Shown here one piece after another: positions 24,959 to 38,914 of a DNA stretch of 64,000 bases. This DNA is from Octopus sinensis (Eukaryota): the NCBI RefSeq assembly GCF_006345805.1, contig NC_042997.1, positions 76,818,001 to 76,882,000 of the forward strand, written 5' to 3'. Below the pieces are notes generated by a model. It had not been told where the DNA came from, searched no databases, and was given only the letters and a program-made list of their open reading frames with translations. The translations under genes and the position numbers were made by a program. Position 1 is the first letter of the stretch; each line of letters begins with the position of its first letter.

Positions 24959-26147
24959 CCAGAAATATATACACAACCACCCACACATATATACACAGAA
25001 ACGTACACATGAACATATACTTATTCATCTACAACTATATATACATATTTATATTTAAAGATACATATACAAGCATATGTGTTGTGCATGATACATACAC
25101 AGACATATACATGTGTATACATGTACATAAACATATTTATAAATATATACACACATATGTGAATACACACACACGCACACATATATATACATGCATAAGA
25201 TACATGTAGTATAAATATATATATATATATGTACGTATTTATATAGATATACATATTTATAAATATATGCACACATGTACGGACATATTTATAAACTGGT
25301 CTTTGTATAGACACTCCAATATATCTGTGTGTGTGTGTATATATATATATAAACACACACACACACATATATAAACTTAAGTATACAATCACAAAAGAAG
25401 GATTTTAACATGAAGTAAAACTGATCGTCGTTAAGGTCTCCCTTTACTGACAAAATCTTTTGCGGAATATTTTATTATATGGAGTATCAGATGTTTCCTA
25501 GAACTAACCTCCTTTCAGTTTTTATTCCAGCTAATAGGAAATTTAATACCTGTGTATGATGTTCATATTTGAAATATACATATTTTGAATTATTGTAGTT
25601 AGTCACGTAAAATAAAACTATTCTGATGAGTCTGCAAATTAACGTAGTCAAGAAATGCCTGCTCAAAAATCATCCCACCCCAGCAGTAATAAACATGGTA
25701 AAGGAAAAAGAACCCCGTTTGTAAAGTGATCATGGTCACAAAGTGTGTGATCAAAGAAACCTATCGTTTCCGAAAAAGTTACTTCTACCACGCAATCATA
25801 TCGTATATATGATAGTTTTCAGTCCAAATCTGAACTCTAATTAAAATTTTAATGAAGTTAAATATTAATAGTAAAGCAGTACTAAAACAGTTAAGATATA
25901 TTATGTTACTTGACTAGATCTTTTCGGCAACTAAACAATCTAGCTTTTTAAATAAAGTAAGCTCAAGAATTTTAGCCTGACAAATGATAATAGATATATA
26001 GAGAAAAAAGACAAGAACAATTTGGTGTAATATACAGGTACAAACGGAATAAGCATTTATAAACACAACAGTTCACATTGCCTTTGCTACAAGGCAAAGA
26101 GGAAATAAGATGAATGAAGGCAAAAGGGGGTGTACAACACCACTTAC

Positions 26148-26283
26148 CTAATCTACTCCGAGCTGTATCCAGTCTAGAGATTTCCGATATTAAATGTAAG
26201 TATCCTAATGCTGCGACCAAACCGAGGAATACAAAAATCACCACCTGCCTGCCTTGCATGCCCCTGAACAGCCTAAGTAGCAT
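26148..26283 (-). CDS. HS2ST1: First coding exon of a type II membrane Golgi enzyme, probably heparan sulfate 2-O-sulfotransferase 1
   Basis: ATG at 26283 gives MLLRLFRGMQGRQVVIFVFLGLVAALGYLHLISEISRLDTARSRL + G|GTAAGT (phase 1). Acceptor cgtctcctactttacag| before 26408. ISEISRLDTARSRL aligns, from memory, with human HS2ST1 ENQIQKLEESRSKL(E) after the TM helix. No catalytic exons were found in the window. Confidence 0.62.
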
Positions 26284-26489
26284 TACAACAAAATCCACAT
26301 TATTAAAAATCTTCTCATCAAAATGCAGGTGCTGTAGCCGTGCTATTCGATTTAGCTGCGGCTGTTGGGCAAGTTGGTCAACTCTTGTGGCTCGGCTGTC
26401 AATGATGACTGTAAAGTAGGAGACGATGTCGATTTAAATTGAATCGTTATCTTAACAGCTGTGTAGTTAGTACTAGTAGTTGCAATCTT

Positions 26490-26830
26490 ACTAGTAAGTA
26501 AGTCTAACGACTGTACTCAACGGTTCCATACATAAAACTCCTTCGCCTATTCAATTATTGGTGGATTTGCTTTCCTTCGTCGCTTGTCTCATGTAAAAAA
26601 AAATAAATAAATAAAGGCAGCAAAATGCGGTCGACACAATTAAAATGCTAATTACTAACCGCAGTTTGATACGTTTTCCTCTTGTTCTCTTAAATGCGAG
26701 ATTTTCCTCAATCTTTTCACAGCTACTTTAATTTTATAGTTGACAAAGCAGTTTTAATAGCAGACAATCGAACTTGTAATATTTGCCAGTTTTTAACTTC
26801 GGCTTTCACAATAAATTATAATCGAAAATT
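26490..26830. promoter_or_regulatory. Candidate compact bidirectional promoter / 5'UTR exons
   Basis: CpG-enriched unique sequence between divergent start exons; inverted CCAAT (attgg ~26557); plus-strand donor attg|gtaagt at ~26831; minus-strand donor-like cta|gtaaga at ~26490. Confidence 0.45.
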
Positions 26831-27805
26831 GGTAAGTATATATTTTGGAGATATGTTAACAAAATATTTTCCCGGTGGATGGAATGCAGTGAACGATAGA
26901 TATGCAATTTAAAACTGTAACAATTGTTAACGTTTTATTTCTTTAGAAATAATTATCAATCGCATGAATTAATTTCAAAGGGATTGAATAACACGAGTAA
27001 GTTCCAGTAATGAAATCACGATCAGGTTAATCCATCAAGAATATAGAATATTATTAGTTTTCACGACTGAAAACGCATTTTCAATAATGACCACATCTGT
27101 AATTTTCTTTTTCTTTTTTTACAAGATAAATGATAACTGAAGCTTATGTGTGTGCGTGTGTGATGTTTTGTTATGTTGATTAAAAACCGTAAGAAAACAA
27201 CTGTTTATCAACTTATTTTTTATAATACTCCAATTTTTTAAAAATTATATTCTTCAATAATTCAATTACTTTCTAAAATTCTAAATATATCGAATCCAAG
27301 GGCTTGAATAAAATCGGTATTATCGCAATTGATATATTCCTACATGCATATTGTCATTTGTTTTCAATATGTATCGCACTTTTCGCTTAATGTGCAGTAC
27401 TGTGTTCCTTCGTCAAAAGTAGCTACGACTGCGTGCTGATTTTCTAAATCGCGATTACACAAAACTAGTTTTTCCACATGATTTCTGTAATTCTGCTTAA
27501 CAGCGTCTAGTGCAGTCTCAGCGCTGTCACTGTCAGGAATTGATGGAGTCAGTCACATTATACGTAGAGAATTCGCATTTAATGTAAATTTACCTTAAAA
27601 AGAAAAATAAATATTACCTTTTGTAGAAAAATTCATATTTTATTTTTAAAATAAACATACATTACAAATGATTTACTTTTAGCTATCTGGAAAATATAAA
27701 AACAACGTATTTACGAGACTGTTGTACATTCATATAATAACCGATGTGCAAGAATGTAGCTTTACTTAACATAGATTTCAGAACGAGGTTGTATATATAT
27801 GAAAG

Positions 27806-27822
27806 ATGGCGGGATCAGTGCG
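27806..27822 (+). CDS. Candidate first coding segment of an unidentified plus-strand gene (MAGSV-R, phase 2)
   Basis: aagATGGCGGGATCAGTGCG|gtaagt; upstream acceptor-like cttaacatagatttcag| before 27782. Confidence 0.55.
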
Positions 27823-28002
27823 GTAAGTTAAGTAAAAATCTTTTAAGACAACTGCTTAAAACAAGAATGACATAATTCCAGGAACGGCAATATTTGGATT
27901 TTATATTGTTTCTTTACTATTAAAAAAAAAAGACTTTTGTTCTGAAAACTATTTGTTCCACATCAAATATAATGATTTTAATTCTAATATATTCTTCGAA
28001 TT

Positions 28003-28200
28003 AAGGCGGCGAACTGCTGAACCGTTAGCACGTCGGACAAAATGCTTAGCGGCATATCGTCCGTCTTTCCGTTCTGAGTTCATATTCCGCCAAGATCAAC
28101 TTTACATTTCATCCTTTCGGGGTCGATAAAACAGGTACCACATGAGCAATGGAGGCGACGCAGTCGACTTAGCCCTCTGGCCTTGTACCAAAATTTGAAA
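28003..28200 (+). mobile_element. tRNA-derived SINE (Nin/Deu-domain-like)
   Basis: aggcggcgaactgctgaaaccgttagcacg...gagttcatattccgcc...tttcatcctttcggggtcgataaa. Confidence 0.8.
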
Positions 28201-28259
28201 TCAATTTTGCTTTTAAATCCTCGATTTTTTAAAATTGTTTACTTAGCAAGAAATGTGAG

Positions 28260-28320
<61 letters not shown>

Positions 28321-28999
28321 TACATACATATATAATGTGTGTGTGTGTGTACGTATTTATCTATGGGAAACACGTGTTGATTCTCCAAAATGTCATTATT
28401 AATCGGTAGAATACATGTTTTTTTATAAAATTCAAAACTCCTAAACCTAAGTTAACAATCTTGTACCCCAAGCGAATCTAGTGCTCCCTATAAACATTTT
28501 GAGACACCTCAAAACACGGATTTATTGAAGTTAATTGGGAAGTAGATGAGTTAGCACAGCCCGGTGCTCTCCACATCCATTCGTCATCTGATACTTTCGT
28601 GAAACCTTATTTTTACGAAGTCAACGTAATACGAGATGGTGCAATGAGGGCTCCTTGGGTGGAAACTTGACATTGTCTTAAGCCTTATCAGTATGTACTT
28701 CAAGGGTGAAGAACATATCTAAAGTCTTATGATGCTTACCTCCTTCCCGGTGTAGCTCGTGTGGAAACTGAACTCCGATGTCTTAAACTTCGTTATTACA
28801 ACTTGAGTAATTTTATAGTATTCTTGAAGTTATATTCTCCTCACATTATATAAAAGACCATTTAAATTCATTGATCTGCTTAGTGTAATTGTTTGAAATA
28901 TTTCATTTGGAACTCTGTTTTTCTACTGTAGGGCAAAAAAAGTGCTTGTAGTCCTCTAAACTTTCTTATTTGAAAATTAAAGCACAAGTATATTAAATT

Positions 29000-29530
29000 T
29001 AGCGTACACAATGAAAGGTCCCTAGATTTTCAATAATGTACAAGTATAGGTTTCAATTTCATATCACCAGTAGAATTTACTACCACAATAAGTGTCAGAC
29101 GATTTTTGGAAGCTTTAAAACTAAAAATAAACATCTAAGAAACATGCGCATCCCAAAAATGTTGTACACTTCCTCCTTAAAACAATCATTTTCTTCAACC
29201 CATCAAGATTATTTGTTGCAGTCTCTGTAGCACCAACGGCAGTTTCGTTGGTCATATGTTGTGCAAACTAGATGTCTCTTGAACCTTCCAAAGCAGCCTC
29301 TGCTAACCATAAGATGCTTTACAGTTGTAGCTTTCTCTATCTGCAATCACTATACCAACTTTTTACATTTTGCTTGAATGACCATGCAATACAGACAAGT
29401 TTTCACCTGCTTCTAACCATTGTAAAACACCAAGTTGAACCTCCAATAATCCCTTTCTGACTCCATTTTGCACCGTTGCCTTCATTTCTACTTGATACTG
29501 TTTTCCCTATCACCCAATCATCTTGAGTAA
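29000..29530 (-). mobile_element. Tigger/pogo transposase relic
   Basis: Minus-strand KNRLTLIVVVNSTGDMKLKPILVH and SRGCFGRFKR-like pieces. Confidence 0.65.
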
Positions 29531-30199
29531 AGGTAATGAAATATGCTGTATATGTTTGTAGTTAAAGCTAAGAGCACCAAATAATGAAGCAGTAGAATCC
29601 AAGTAAAACTGATGTTTTATGTCAGCAAAAAAAAAAAAAAAAGAAGCATTTCTCTTATTTTGTTGCAGGAAAGGAAATGAGAAAATGAAAATAGTGATTT
29701 CAAAATATAGGAGTTGTATGATGTGGAAAAAATTATAGTATGATTTAGGATAAGAATGTTGAAAGCAATGAAAACCAAGATCAGTTGAATTGTTTCACAC
29801 AAACCAGGTTGGGTAGAGGAGGGAGTAAGTAGTTAATCATAAGAATGTTGAGATCAGTGAAAAATAAACAAAACAAAGAGGAATGAGTAGGTGTTGATAA
29901 AATTGAAGACAGCAATGAAAATAAAAAGGTTATCAGAAAAAATAAATAAATTTAAAGTATTGGTTTGGTGGGCTATAAGCAACAAAAATGGAAAATGGCA
30001 TTAGAAAAGTGATAAGAGGAGCAGCTGGGCATATTAAAGTATTACACCAACTATATATTATTTCTAAACAACATTTTCTTTTTTATATGAATGTACAGTT
30101 TGTGATTTTAGTTTTCAAAATTCTTAATGTTTACCCAAGTTTCCATAAGGGCAAAATTATGGATTTTATCTTAATATTAGTGGTCATGCATTATACTTT

Positions 30200-30480
30200 T
30201 CATTTGTGCTAAGCTATAAGCAGTTTCCATTGCATGCTGGATACTTGTGTATATATCAGATGTAGTGTACAAGAAAGAACACCTTGTTGGTTTGGACATA
30301 TGAGACATGGATGATGACAGCTGTATAAAGTGCCAATCACTTAATGAGGAAGAGGGAGATCCAAGAACATGCTAGCCTCAAGACCTTGAGTTTCATGTAA
30401 ATGATAAAGGACCAAGATGACTAGTGTTATGCAGTGTCCAAGAAGACCAGACCATCTCAGTGAAACTGAAATTCTGGAAG
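30200..30480 (+). mobile_element. Old RTE RT C-terminal relic
   Basis: atcagatgtagtgtacaagaaagaacac...tggtttggacat...ggatgatgacagctgtataaagtgccaatc resembles 19130-19330. Confidence 0.65.
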
Positions 30481-30689
30481 CACAATATATATATATATGT
30501 GTGTGTATGTATGTATTTGCACAACTGATAACTCTTCAAGTCATCCCTATCATCTCTAGTACTGCGCCCTCTATCATCTAACTACAGTGTTTTGCTGCTA
30601 TAATTATATGTAAACAGAAATGCACATTTCATTATTGTATTCTCTGATACCACTTACCTTTTCCATTATTTGAAACCATTTCACTTAAT

Positions 30690-31400
30690 TTCCACCCTTC
30701 ATTGTTAATGCTAAACCCTCTCCAACCACATTCTGTATTGATCACCTTTTGTATCACAAAATTATCTCTCCTTCACCACTATACATTTCTCACTCTCCTG
30801 TTTTTCTCACAGTTCTCTAACCCACCCAACCGCACATCATTTGTCTTTCTTTCATCATTCCCCTGTCTCATAGTATTATTACTATTCTGCTGCTATTCAA
30901 CCTTTTTTGTCAGTCATCACCTACTCTCCCCTTATCATGTAACATTGATACCCCCACCTCTTATCCAATATTCACTATACCCACCCCTCGACTCTAACCT
31001 CTTTCAACAGCTTTTTTTACCCTTACCTTCCCTCCAACATACATTCATCATTCATCAACACATACTTCATTTATTTTATTCATTGCCTCACTCAGGGATG
31101 AATGCAGTTGGAGAAAGATTGGAAGGAGTAGGTGGTGACTGGCTGTACAGAAGTGTGAAGAGCAATTGAATAATAATAATAATACAGTAGACAGAAGGAA
31201 GAAAGAGATAGCATGACGGTGTGTAGGTTGCAAGAATGTGAGTGGAGAAAAAAATGTAGTATATTGAGAGATGAGAGACATATGGTGATATCGGCGAGTG
31301 AACAGAAGTGGTTCAGTGAAGAGGGAGGAGAAATAATTTCTTAGCAAAGATAGTGGGTGATCAATGTAAAATGTGAGCGGAGTGCACCAATGTTAAGAAT
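30690..31400. repeat. Two diverged copies of an old repeat in inverted orientation
   Basis: cacattctgtattgatcacc / cagtcatcacctactc on the plus strand (30690-30935) match the reverse complement of 31105-31400; strong pyrimidine-to-purine skew switch. Confidence 0.55.
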
Positions 31401-32097
31401 GAAGAATAGATATCAATTGAAGTGGTTTTTTGACAGGTATCACAAAAAATAAAATATCTTGTTCTACCTTTATATAATTACAACATCGGAATACTGTAGT
31501 TAGGCAAGTGATGGAGAAATCAGTGACAAGAAAAATGAGGGGGAAGGAGGAGAAGTTGAGGAAATTAGACAAAGGGTCCAATTGTGTATAAAGATAATAT
31601 ACTTCCAGAACCTCAATTTTGCCAAAATAGGCAGGTCTTCTCAAGCACTGTATATCATCAGTCATCCAGGTTCTTTGTCATCTATTACATGAGATTCGTA
31701 GTTCAGAGATCAGTCCTCACTATTTCATCCCTTATTTTCCTGGGTCTTCCTTTTCCACAAGTTATATCCAGAAATTTTGTTGTTGAATTGTCTATAACTA
31801 GTTGAAGTATATCGTATTGTACCCTCTGGCTACATTAATTACTTCATCTAACCATTTCTCAGCTAACAATGTGCCTACACCATCCCCTCCATTGCCACAT
31901 GAGGGAATTTGGTAGGTGGAAACTGCATTAAACCAGATGCACATTGTCCAACCTTATATATTCTATCGTAATGTAAACTTTGTGGCTCTCTTAACATTGG
32001 GGAAACAGGCCAACATCTTGCTGATCACTTATGGGAGCGCACTTGAAGCATACTACTACATATACCAGATCAACTTGTCGTCACCCATTTCAATACT

Positions 32098-32528
32098 TCA
32101 AACCAAATCAAAATAGATGAACATCAATGGAATTTGTATCTTTGTGGTACCAGTGCCAGTGGCACATAAGAAAACCATCCGAACGTGGCCATAGCCAGTA
32201 CCGTATCGACTGGCCTCCGTGCTGTGGGCACGTAACAAACACCATCCGATCGTGGCCGTTCGCCAGCCTCGTCTGGCACCTGTGTCGGTGGCACATAAAA
32301 AAAACACCATCCAAGCGTGGCCGTTCGCCAGCCTCGTCTGGCACCTGTGTCGGTGGCACATAAAATCATCCACTACACTCTCGTAGTGGTTGGCGTTAGG
32401 AAGGGCATCCAGCTGTAGAAACACTGCCAGATCTGACTGGCCTGGTGCAGCCTTCGGGCTCCCCAGACCCCAGTTGAACCGTCCAACCCATGCTAGCATG
32501 GAAAGCGGACGTTAAACGATGATGATGA
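32098..32528 (+). mobile_element. 5'-truncated RTE 3'UTR copy with ~3 tandem units and (GAT)n end
   Basis: Matches 19485-20125. Confidence 0.92.
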
Positions 32529-34019
32529 AGCCATTCTATCACTCACTTATCAGTTTGTGGCATCTCCACACACCATGGAACCACGTTCTTAAGGAAATGG
32601 AGAGAACAGCATTTCATATTTGAACTTGGTACCATATCACCAACAGATTTAAATGAACATTTTAGCTTCTATTGCACTGCACCATGGTTAAATGTTCTTG
32701 AAGTTTTGTGAGTGAAATTTGGTACACAGAAAACTGCAGGCGCCTGTCAGATATGTACATATATATATATACATGTGTATATATTGACAAATTGGTTCGT
32801 TAAACAAAACTTCTATGTCTGTTTACAACTTTTACTCTTATAACATGAATAAAATAGGTACTGGTTGAAAGCAGTGTTCCAGCATGGCCATAATAACAAA
32901 AAAAATTGTGTGTGTGTTTATACACATGTATTTATATATCAATGAATACAGATATACATTCACACACAAACAAATATAGATGCAAATGTGGCTGTGTATG
33001 TATTTTTGTGTTAAGTCCTGCTGTGGGCAGGTGTCTTTTACTGTAGCCTCTAGCTGATCAATGCCTTATGAGTAGAATTACATGGAATCTGTAGGAAACC
33101 TATCATGTGTCGTTTTTCCCTTTGTTCAGACATTGTTTGCACACTACATAAAAAGGGTGTTTTTCTTGTAAAAACATGTTTGCTGAGTAAGCTATTTGTT
33201 AGTTGTTCTAAGAGAAACAGTACCTCAGTGTCTCTCAAAAGAGGAATAATTTGTACCTATTTGCATTATATAGAAAGTTGAACTGGATTATCCCATTTAC
33301 ATAAAGGTGCATGTGCTAACAATGTAGTTTAACAGTGCACCATGCTGTCTTTTTGGATAAATTGAAATGTAAGGAATTCCTTTTTAATTCTAGATGTAGT
33401 ACTGATGTACATAGGGAAAATATCTTATGCTGTCTTAATGGAATATGGGTTGGCTATCTCTTCAAATTCAAGCTATCAAGTTGTCTTTGAAGGATTGTAA
33501 TAGATGCCTTTCTAAAAATGTATATGTATGGTATCACAAAAGGTAAACATTACTTCAGTAGGATCCAAAGTGTCTTCTGCAATAACTGAATTATATTTGA
33601 AATTTTAGATATTTACAAGGATATTTTCTTATACATATCCATACAAGGATATTTTCTTATACATTTTCTTATACTCTTGCCCACAAGAGATTATGTCCGG
33701 TCTTTAGAGCGTATTGCTCTATGTTTTCTCAAATCATGATCACAGGGAAAGTTGTTAAGAATTATCAGCAAAAACATAGCTGATAAATATGCACACATGT
33801 TGCAAATTAAGTTTAATTACGAATAAACATCAGCTGAGGAAGGTGATTAATCAAACTGATTATGTAAACAGAATTCTGATTGGTCGAAAGTGTCTTCTTG
33901 ACTCAAGTTCTGATTTTCCGCCTATTTTTGTCGGAACCTTTGATACAGAGTATCGAAATTTTAATCTCTTTCACACTTATAAAATGTCAAGCAAACTTAA
34001 AAATTTGGCATTACCGTTA

Positions 34020-34180
34020 TTGTCAGTATGGGCAGAACTTATGAATTGTTTACTGCGAAGGAGAGATTAAATATTGTTGAATATGCATTTGAACGTTGGG
34101 AACAGAGCTGCCAGAAAGCATTTTAATGTTAATGAAGCCAAAGTTTGAAATTGGGGTATACAGTATGACAAACTGTACCT
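34020..34180 (+). mobile_element. pogo-type transposase N-terminal HTH relic
   Basis: FTAKERLNIVEYA / GNRAARKHFNVNEAKV*NW across a frameshift, similar to Brinker-type HTH of pogo elements. Confidence 0.55.
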
Positions 34181-37100
34181 AGTAATAAACAGACAAAAAT
34201 AAAACCATACAATCAAGATTATCCATATCACTATGTATGTCAGTGGTGCTCCATTGCAATAGGTAGAAACTCCAAGCAATGTGAAATATGCACTGGACTG
34301 TGATTACCGGCATGAATGCCAGACTTCAAAAAGTAGTTAACCATTTAATGGCTTTAGTAAATTTATACAGAAAAAGTAAGCATTATATTGTTTAGCATAA
34401 ATAAAAGTCAACTTCATTATATTTAAGCCCTTATTTTTTCTGTAAAAACCTATTTTGACATTAAATGAATCAACTTCTGGTATGAATGTTTGTTTTGTAT
34501 CTTATTTTCAACAAAAGAAATTTCTAAAAAATATTCTGGAAATGATCTACTCATGTAATTTACGCATCCCTAAAGTTTATTATTATTTTTTTGAGAAAAA
34601 ATGCATAAATTATATAGGTTTTTACGGTATTCTTAATTATTTCATCAACTTAATTTTTTTGTTCATTGAAGGAGGGGTGTTGAATATTTAAATAATTACA
34701 TTGACCACATGTCAATTTACCTAAATGTACTTTCTATTTAGTTATATTTAATTTTCCTGACCCTTTTCTATTTAACTAGTATTTATTTGTTTCATCTCAC
34801 CATACTCTTCTGTATTCCTAAATATTTATGCAAGCCTTGTGTAATTTGTCTTGATATATGGAAAATTGGTTTCTTTAGATTTCATTTTTGTACTCTTTTT
34901 TAATACAGACATTACACACTAATTAATACTAAATAACTAATCAGTTTCCGTTGAAAATTCTCATAGATTTAGGGACCTTAATTTTTTTAAATTGTTTATT
35001 TTAATGCACATATAAGCAAGCAGTACATAATATATATACATACACCTATTATTCCACTTAGTGTTGTACGTTTATTTCATAGTACTTTGTAGGGGTGTCT
35101 TTGCTACAGCATAGTGAAATTAAGAACATGATGACATGTATTTATTACCCATGCATAATTGGTTTAACTGAAATATTTTTTATATATTTGCTTCTATATA
35201 AAGACATTGATAGTATATCTATAAGTATAGCCATTGGTACATTTCAGGGAAAAAAGAGAGGAGCAGTTCTCACATCTGTGTGAGAGTATTTTTCACTGTT
35301 TCCAGTTAAGTAAGCTAAGTTGATGTAACTCCTTGAATGATTTTGTATGCCATTTAATCACTTTGTATTACTATGTCAATTATTAACATATAAAGCTTTT
35401 ATATCAGTGGTTCTCAACCTTTTTGTTGCCTTGAACCACTTTTATTTAAAAGAATTTCCCCCACAGACCTCATATTTTTTTTTAAGTTTTGTCTATTCAA
35501 AAAATTTTGAACTTAGCTCATGAACTTCACCCCCAATGTGTTTTTATGGACACTTAGGGGTTTGTTGACTCTTTGTAGGAAGCACTGTAGGGATGCTTAA
35601 TCTACAAGAAATAGCAGCTAAATTCTCATATTCTACCTTACTGTTTTTACAAAATGGGACACATTAAATAAAAGATCTCAGAGCTGACTTTCAGCTAAAT
35701 AACAACTGCAATAGATGAGCAATAATTAATAAGAGTTTTTCCCAACCTTCAGCTGTTTCCTTTAAATCCATTAAAAACTTTAAATTGTTCTGTAATTCAG
35801 TATTTTTATGAATTGGAGTTGACTAAAGTAAATATGAGAGTGCATGGTAACTCCAAAGCCAATAGTAATATTTCAATTAACCACTGAGTCATAGTAATTG
35901 GTTGGCTTCTTAGCTTTTATTAACTCTTTCTGGTACTGTCTGCTGGTTTCAATTTGCTGAGGTAACAAATCAGAACATTGTGAATTTTTTAACCCTTGTC
36001 ATTCCAACTTGTTTGAGACCTCAACTTGCTCTACAATACAAACTTTTTGTTTTAAACTGATCTTAATTAAAACCTATTAAAATTTCATGTTAATTTATGT
36101 TCTATATGCCAACTTAATAATGACAAATCTATTTTTTTTTAAATCATTATTTAAAAAATTATTTGTAACAGTGTATTCCGACTGAAATACAGTGATAAAA
36201 GGGTTAAACTCTTATAGTTGAATGCTCTTCCCAACATCCACTACAACTTTTAAGAGGAAATAAATAACATAGTTTTAGAAACTAGGTTGATTGAGCAAAC
36301 CTATAATCGGTAGTACTCCAACTATGGCCATCCTGATCTTTGTTTTCTAAACAGAATGTACTCATACTATATTATTCAATGTGTTCTAATTTTTTGTTAA
36401 ATACGATTATGTTTGGTATTGTATCTGTACATGTTAATCCAGCTCATTAACAATTCAACCATAGTACCTGTATCTCTAAATTTTCAGAATCTGTGGCAAT
36501 GAAGCTGGCTGTTTTTTTAAAGTTAATGTGATTTTGCATCATTAATAATTGGTAACTCATGGAAACTAAGTCCAGTGTAATTAATTATCTTGAAATTAGT
36601 TATCATTGAACTTAATGGGAAAAGTAAACTTTTTCATTGTCTCCAATACTAACTGAATTCACTTCTCTTCAGAATATTTACCTTTTAAATTCATTAAACA
36701 TCATGGGAATTGAATACTTAAAATATTTAATTAACTGATGTTAAAATACTTGGTTATTATTGAAAGTGTTACTTGTTTGTTGTTGTTAGTTTGCATTAGT
36801 TGAATCAACAAGCATATGTACATATTAACTCTTTAGCTTTGTGTTGTTCTAAAATGGTTTTATTATAATCATTTTTAAATCTAGTTATGAAAACATTAAA
36901 AAGTAATTAAAATATGGGCTAATTTCAAATATAGAGTTAATCATAAAGACCAATTTTTCTTAATTAGCTGAAAAATTTTAGCAAATATGTTCAAGATAAG
37001 GAAACAGTTAAACTACCTACAGTTTTCTCATTTATCCAATAAACTGTTCACATTTGAATGTATGTATGTTCAGATGAGAAAATAAGGAATAAATGATTAT

Positions 37101-37243
37101 CTTATGAACTTCATTAGCTTACAGCTGTTTCTGCTATAAGATGCAGCAGGCAGGTGAGTACCTGAATAACACCATATAGTTTCATCAGAGCTTCAAATAT
37201 AAAATGCAATTTATTTAAGAAAAGAATTACATTTATGGATATA

Positions 37244-38166
37244 TTGGGTCATCCCATAAATAATGCAGTTTTTTTTTTAATTTCATGAACTAAAAGTCAG
37301 AGAGAGACGTGATAAACTACCTGCATCATCTTGCTATGAAAGCAGGTAGCAATTTTACCTTGCACTTATTCCTAATGCAAGTTTTAAAGAATGCAGTTCA
37401 ATTTTAACAATTATTTTTTCAAAGCTATCCTGGAAGTAACGAAGTATATTCAGCATATTTTGCTTTATGAGTTCAATAAAGGCAACAACACAATGGAAAG
37501 TGCGAGGAATATTAATGTAGTACATGGGGATTGAACAATAAGTGTAAGCCTGTGTCAACAGGGGTTCCAGAAATTCCAAGCTGAAAACTGCAGCCTAGAA
37601 GACAAGCCTTGTCCTGGAAGATCTGTAGAACTTGACAAGGATGCCCTACAAACCCTGGTGGAACAAAATCCCATCATAATTGTTGAGGAACTAGCACAGA
37701 AGCTTGGATTTGGTCATTCGACCATTCGTCAACACCTACATGTCATTGGAAAAGCCAGCAAATTGGATCAATGGGTTCTTTACAAACTTTCCGAGTCTAA
37801 TCATGTGCAGAGAGTGCTCTTCTTCACTGTCACATCACATGAATGAATCTTTTTTGGAACAAATAGTAACTGGTGAGGAGAAATAGGTTATCTATAAAAA
37901 TGTCAAGCGCCGAAGACAGTGGGTAGGGAAAAGAGAAACACCGACACCACAGGCAAAACAAGGTCTTCACTCGCGTAAGGTGTTGTTATTTGTTTGGTAG
38001 GATATGAAAGGTTTAGTCCGCCTTGAACTTTTAAACCCTATATATTTTACTAGCCCAAGAGGAGGGACCACGATGGAGCATATTTTAGATTTAAAAAGAA
38101 CTTTATCTTAATTTTGAAAAATAAGTGAATTATAAAAAAACCTACATCATTTATGGGATGACCCAA
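37244..38166 (+). mobile_element. Internally deleted mariner element
   Basis: TIRs ttgggtcatcccataaat / atttatgggatgacccaa with TA TSD; transposase remnants (LEDKPCPGR, WVLYKL, IVTGEEK, LHSRKVLLFVW), truncated before the third catalytic residue. Confidence 0.9.
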
Positions 38167-38681
38167 TATGTAGGAAAAACCATTACCAATGAGAAAGCAA
38201 ACACCTATGTGGGGGATAAAAACTAAAGGCTTCTCACATAACTAGAATAAGATTACTTTTAAAATGTGTATAAAGATGGTTATACAGATTTAGATAAAGG
38301 GTAATTAGATTTAATAGTAAAGATTATATGTGTACACACACACATATCTATTTATCTGTCTATATTTATATATATATTGAGAGAGAGAGCTTATATAGTT
38401 AAATTGATACACATTTCCGTGGATATACAGCCAGATAATAAATACATATATACATACATATATATATATACACATATACACATATACATACATACATACA
38501 TATATATATATATATATGGGTGTGCGTGATTGTGTATAGAAGAATATATTAATAAAAAGAATTCCAACCTTGTCTGATTTTCACGTTTTATTTACAATCT
38601 TATAATGATATATTATAAGATAATATATTATAATTGAATAAAATAAAATGAAATAGTAGAATGTTAAATGTTCATTCTGAT

Positions 38682-38726
38682 TGAACTAGTACTTTCATGC
38701 ATTGAATTCTGCAATCTTCGGGTTCA
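38682..38726 (-). ncRNA. Identical hammerhead candidate in the inverted 5' pLTR
   Basis: Exact reverse complement of 42915-42959. Confidence 0.6.
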
Positions 38727-38827
38727 TGTAGTAGTGTTGACAGTCATGCTTCACAATCAGACAAGGTTGGAATTCTTTTTATTAATATATTCTTCTATAC
38801 ACAATCTATACACAATCACTCACACCC

Positions 38828-38893
<66 letters not shown>

Positions 38894-38914
38894 TCCTATT
38901 GTGTATATGCCAAC

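Noticed and set aside
27350-27560. About 60 open codons on the minus strand (TPSIPDSDSAETALDAVKQNYR...)
   Set aside because: No start codon, no convincing splice sites and no recognised homology; it lies in the probable 5'UTR intron region
37125-37153. 29-nt plus-strand microexon candidate (ttacag|...gcag|gtgagt)
   Set aside because: Weak polypyrimidine tract and an unrecognised peptide; cannot be supported without RNA data
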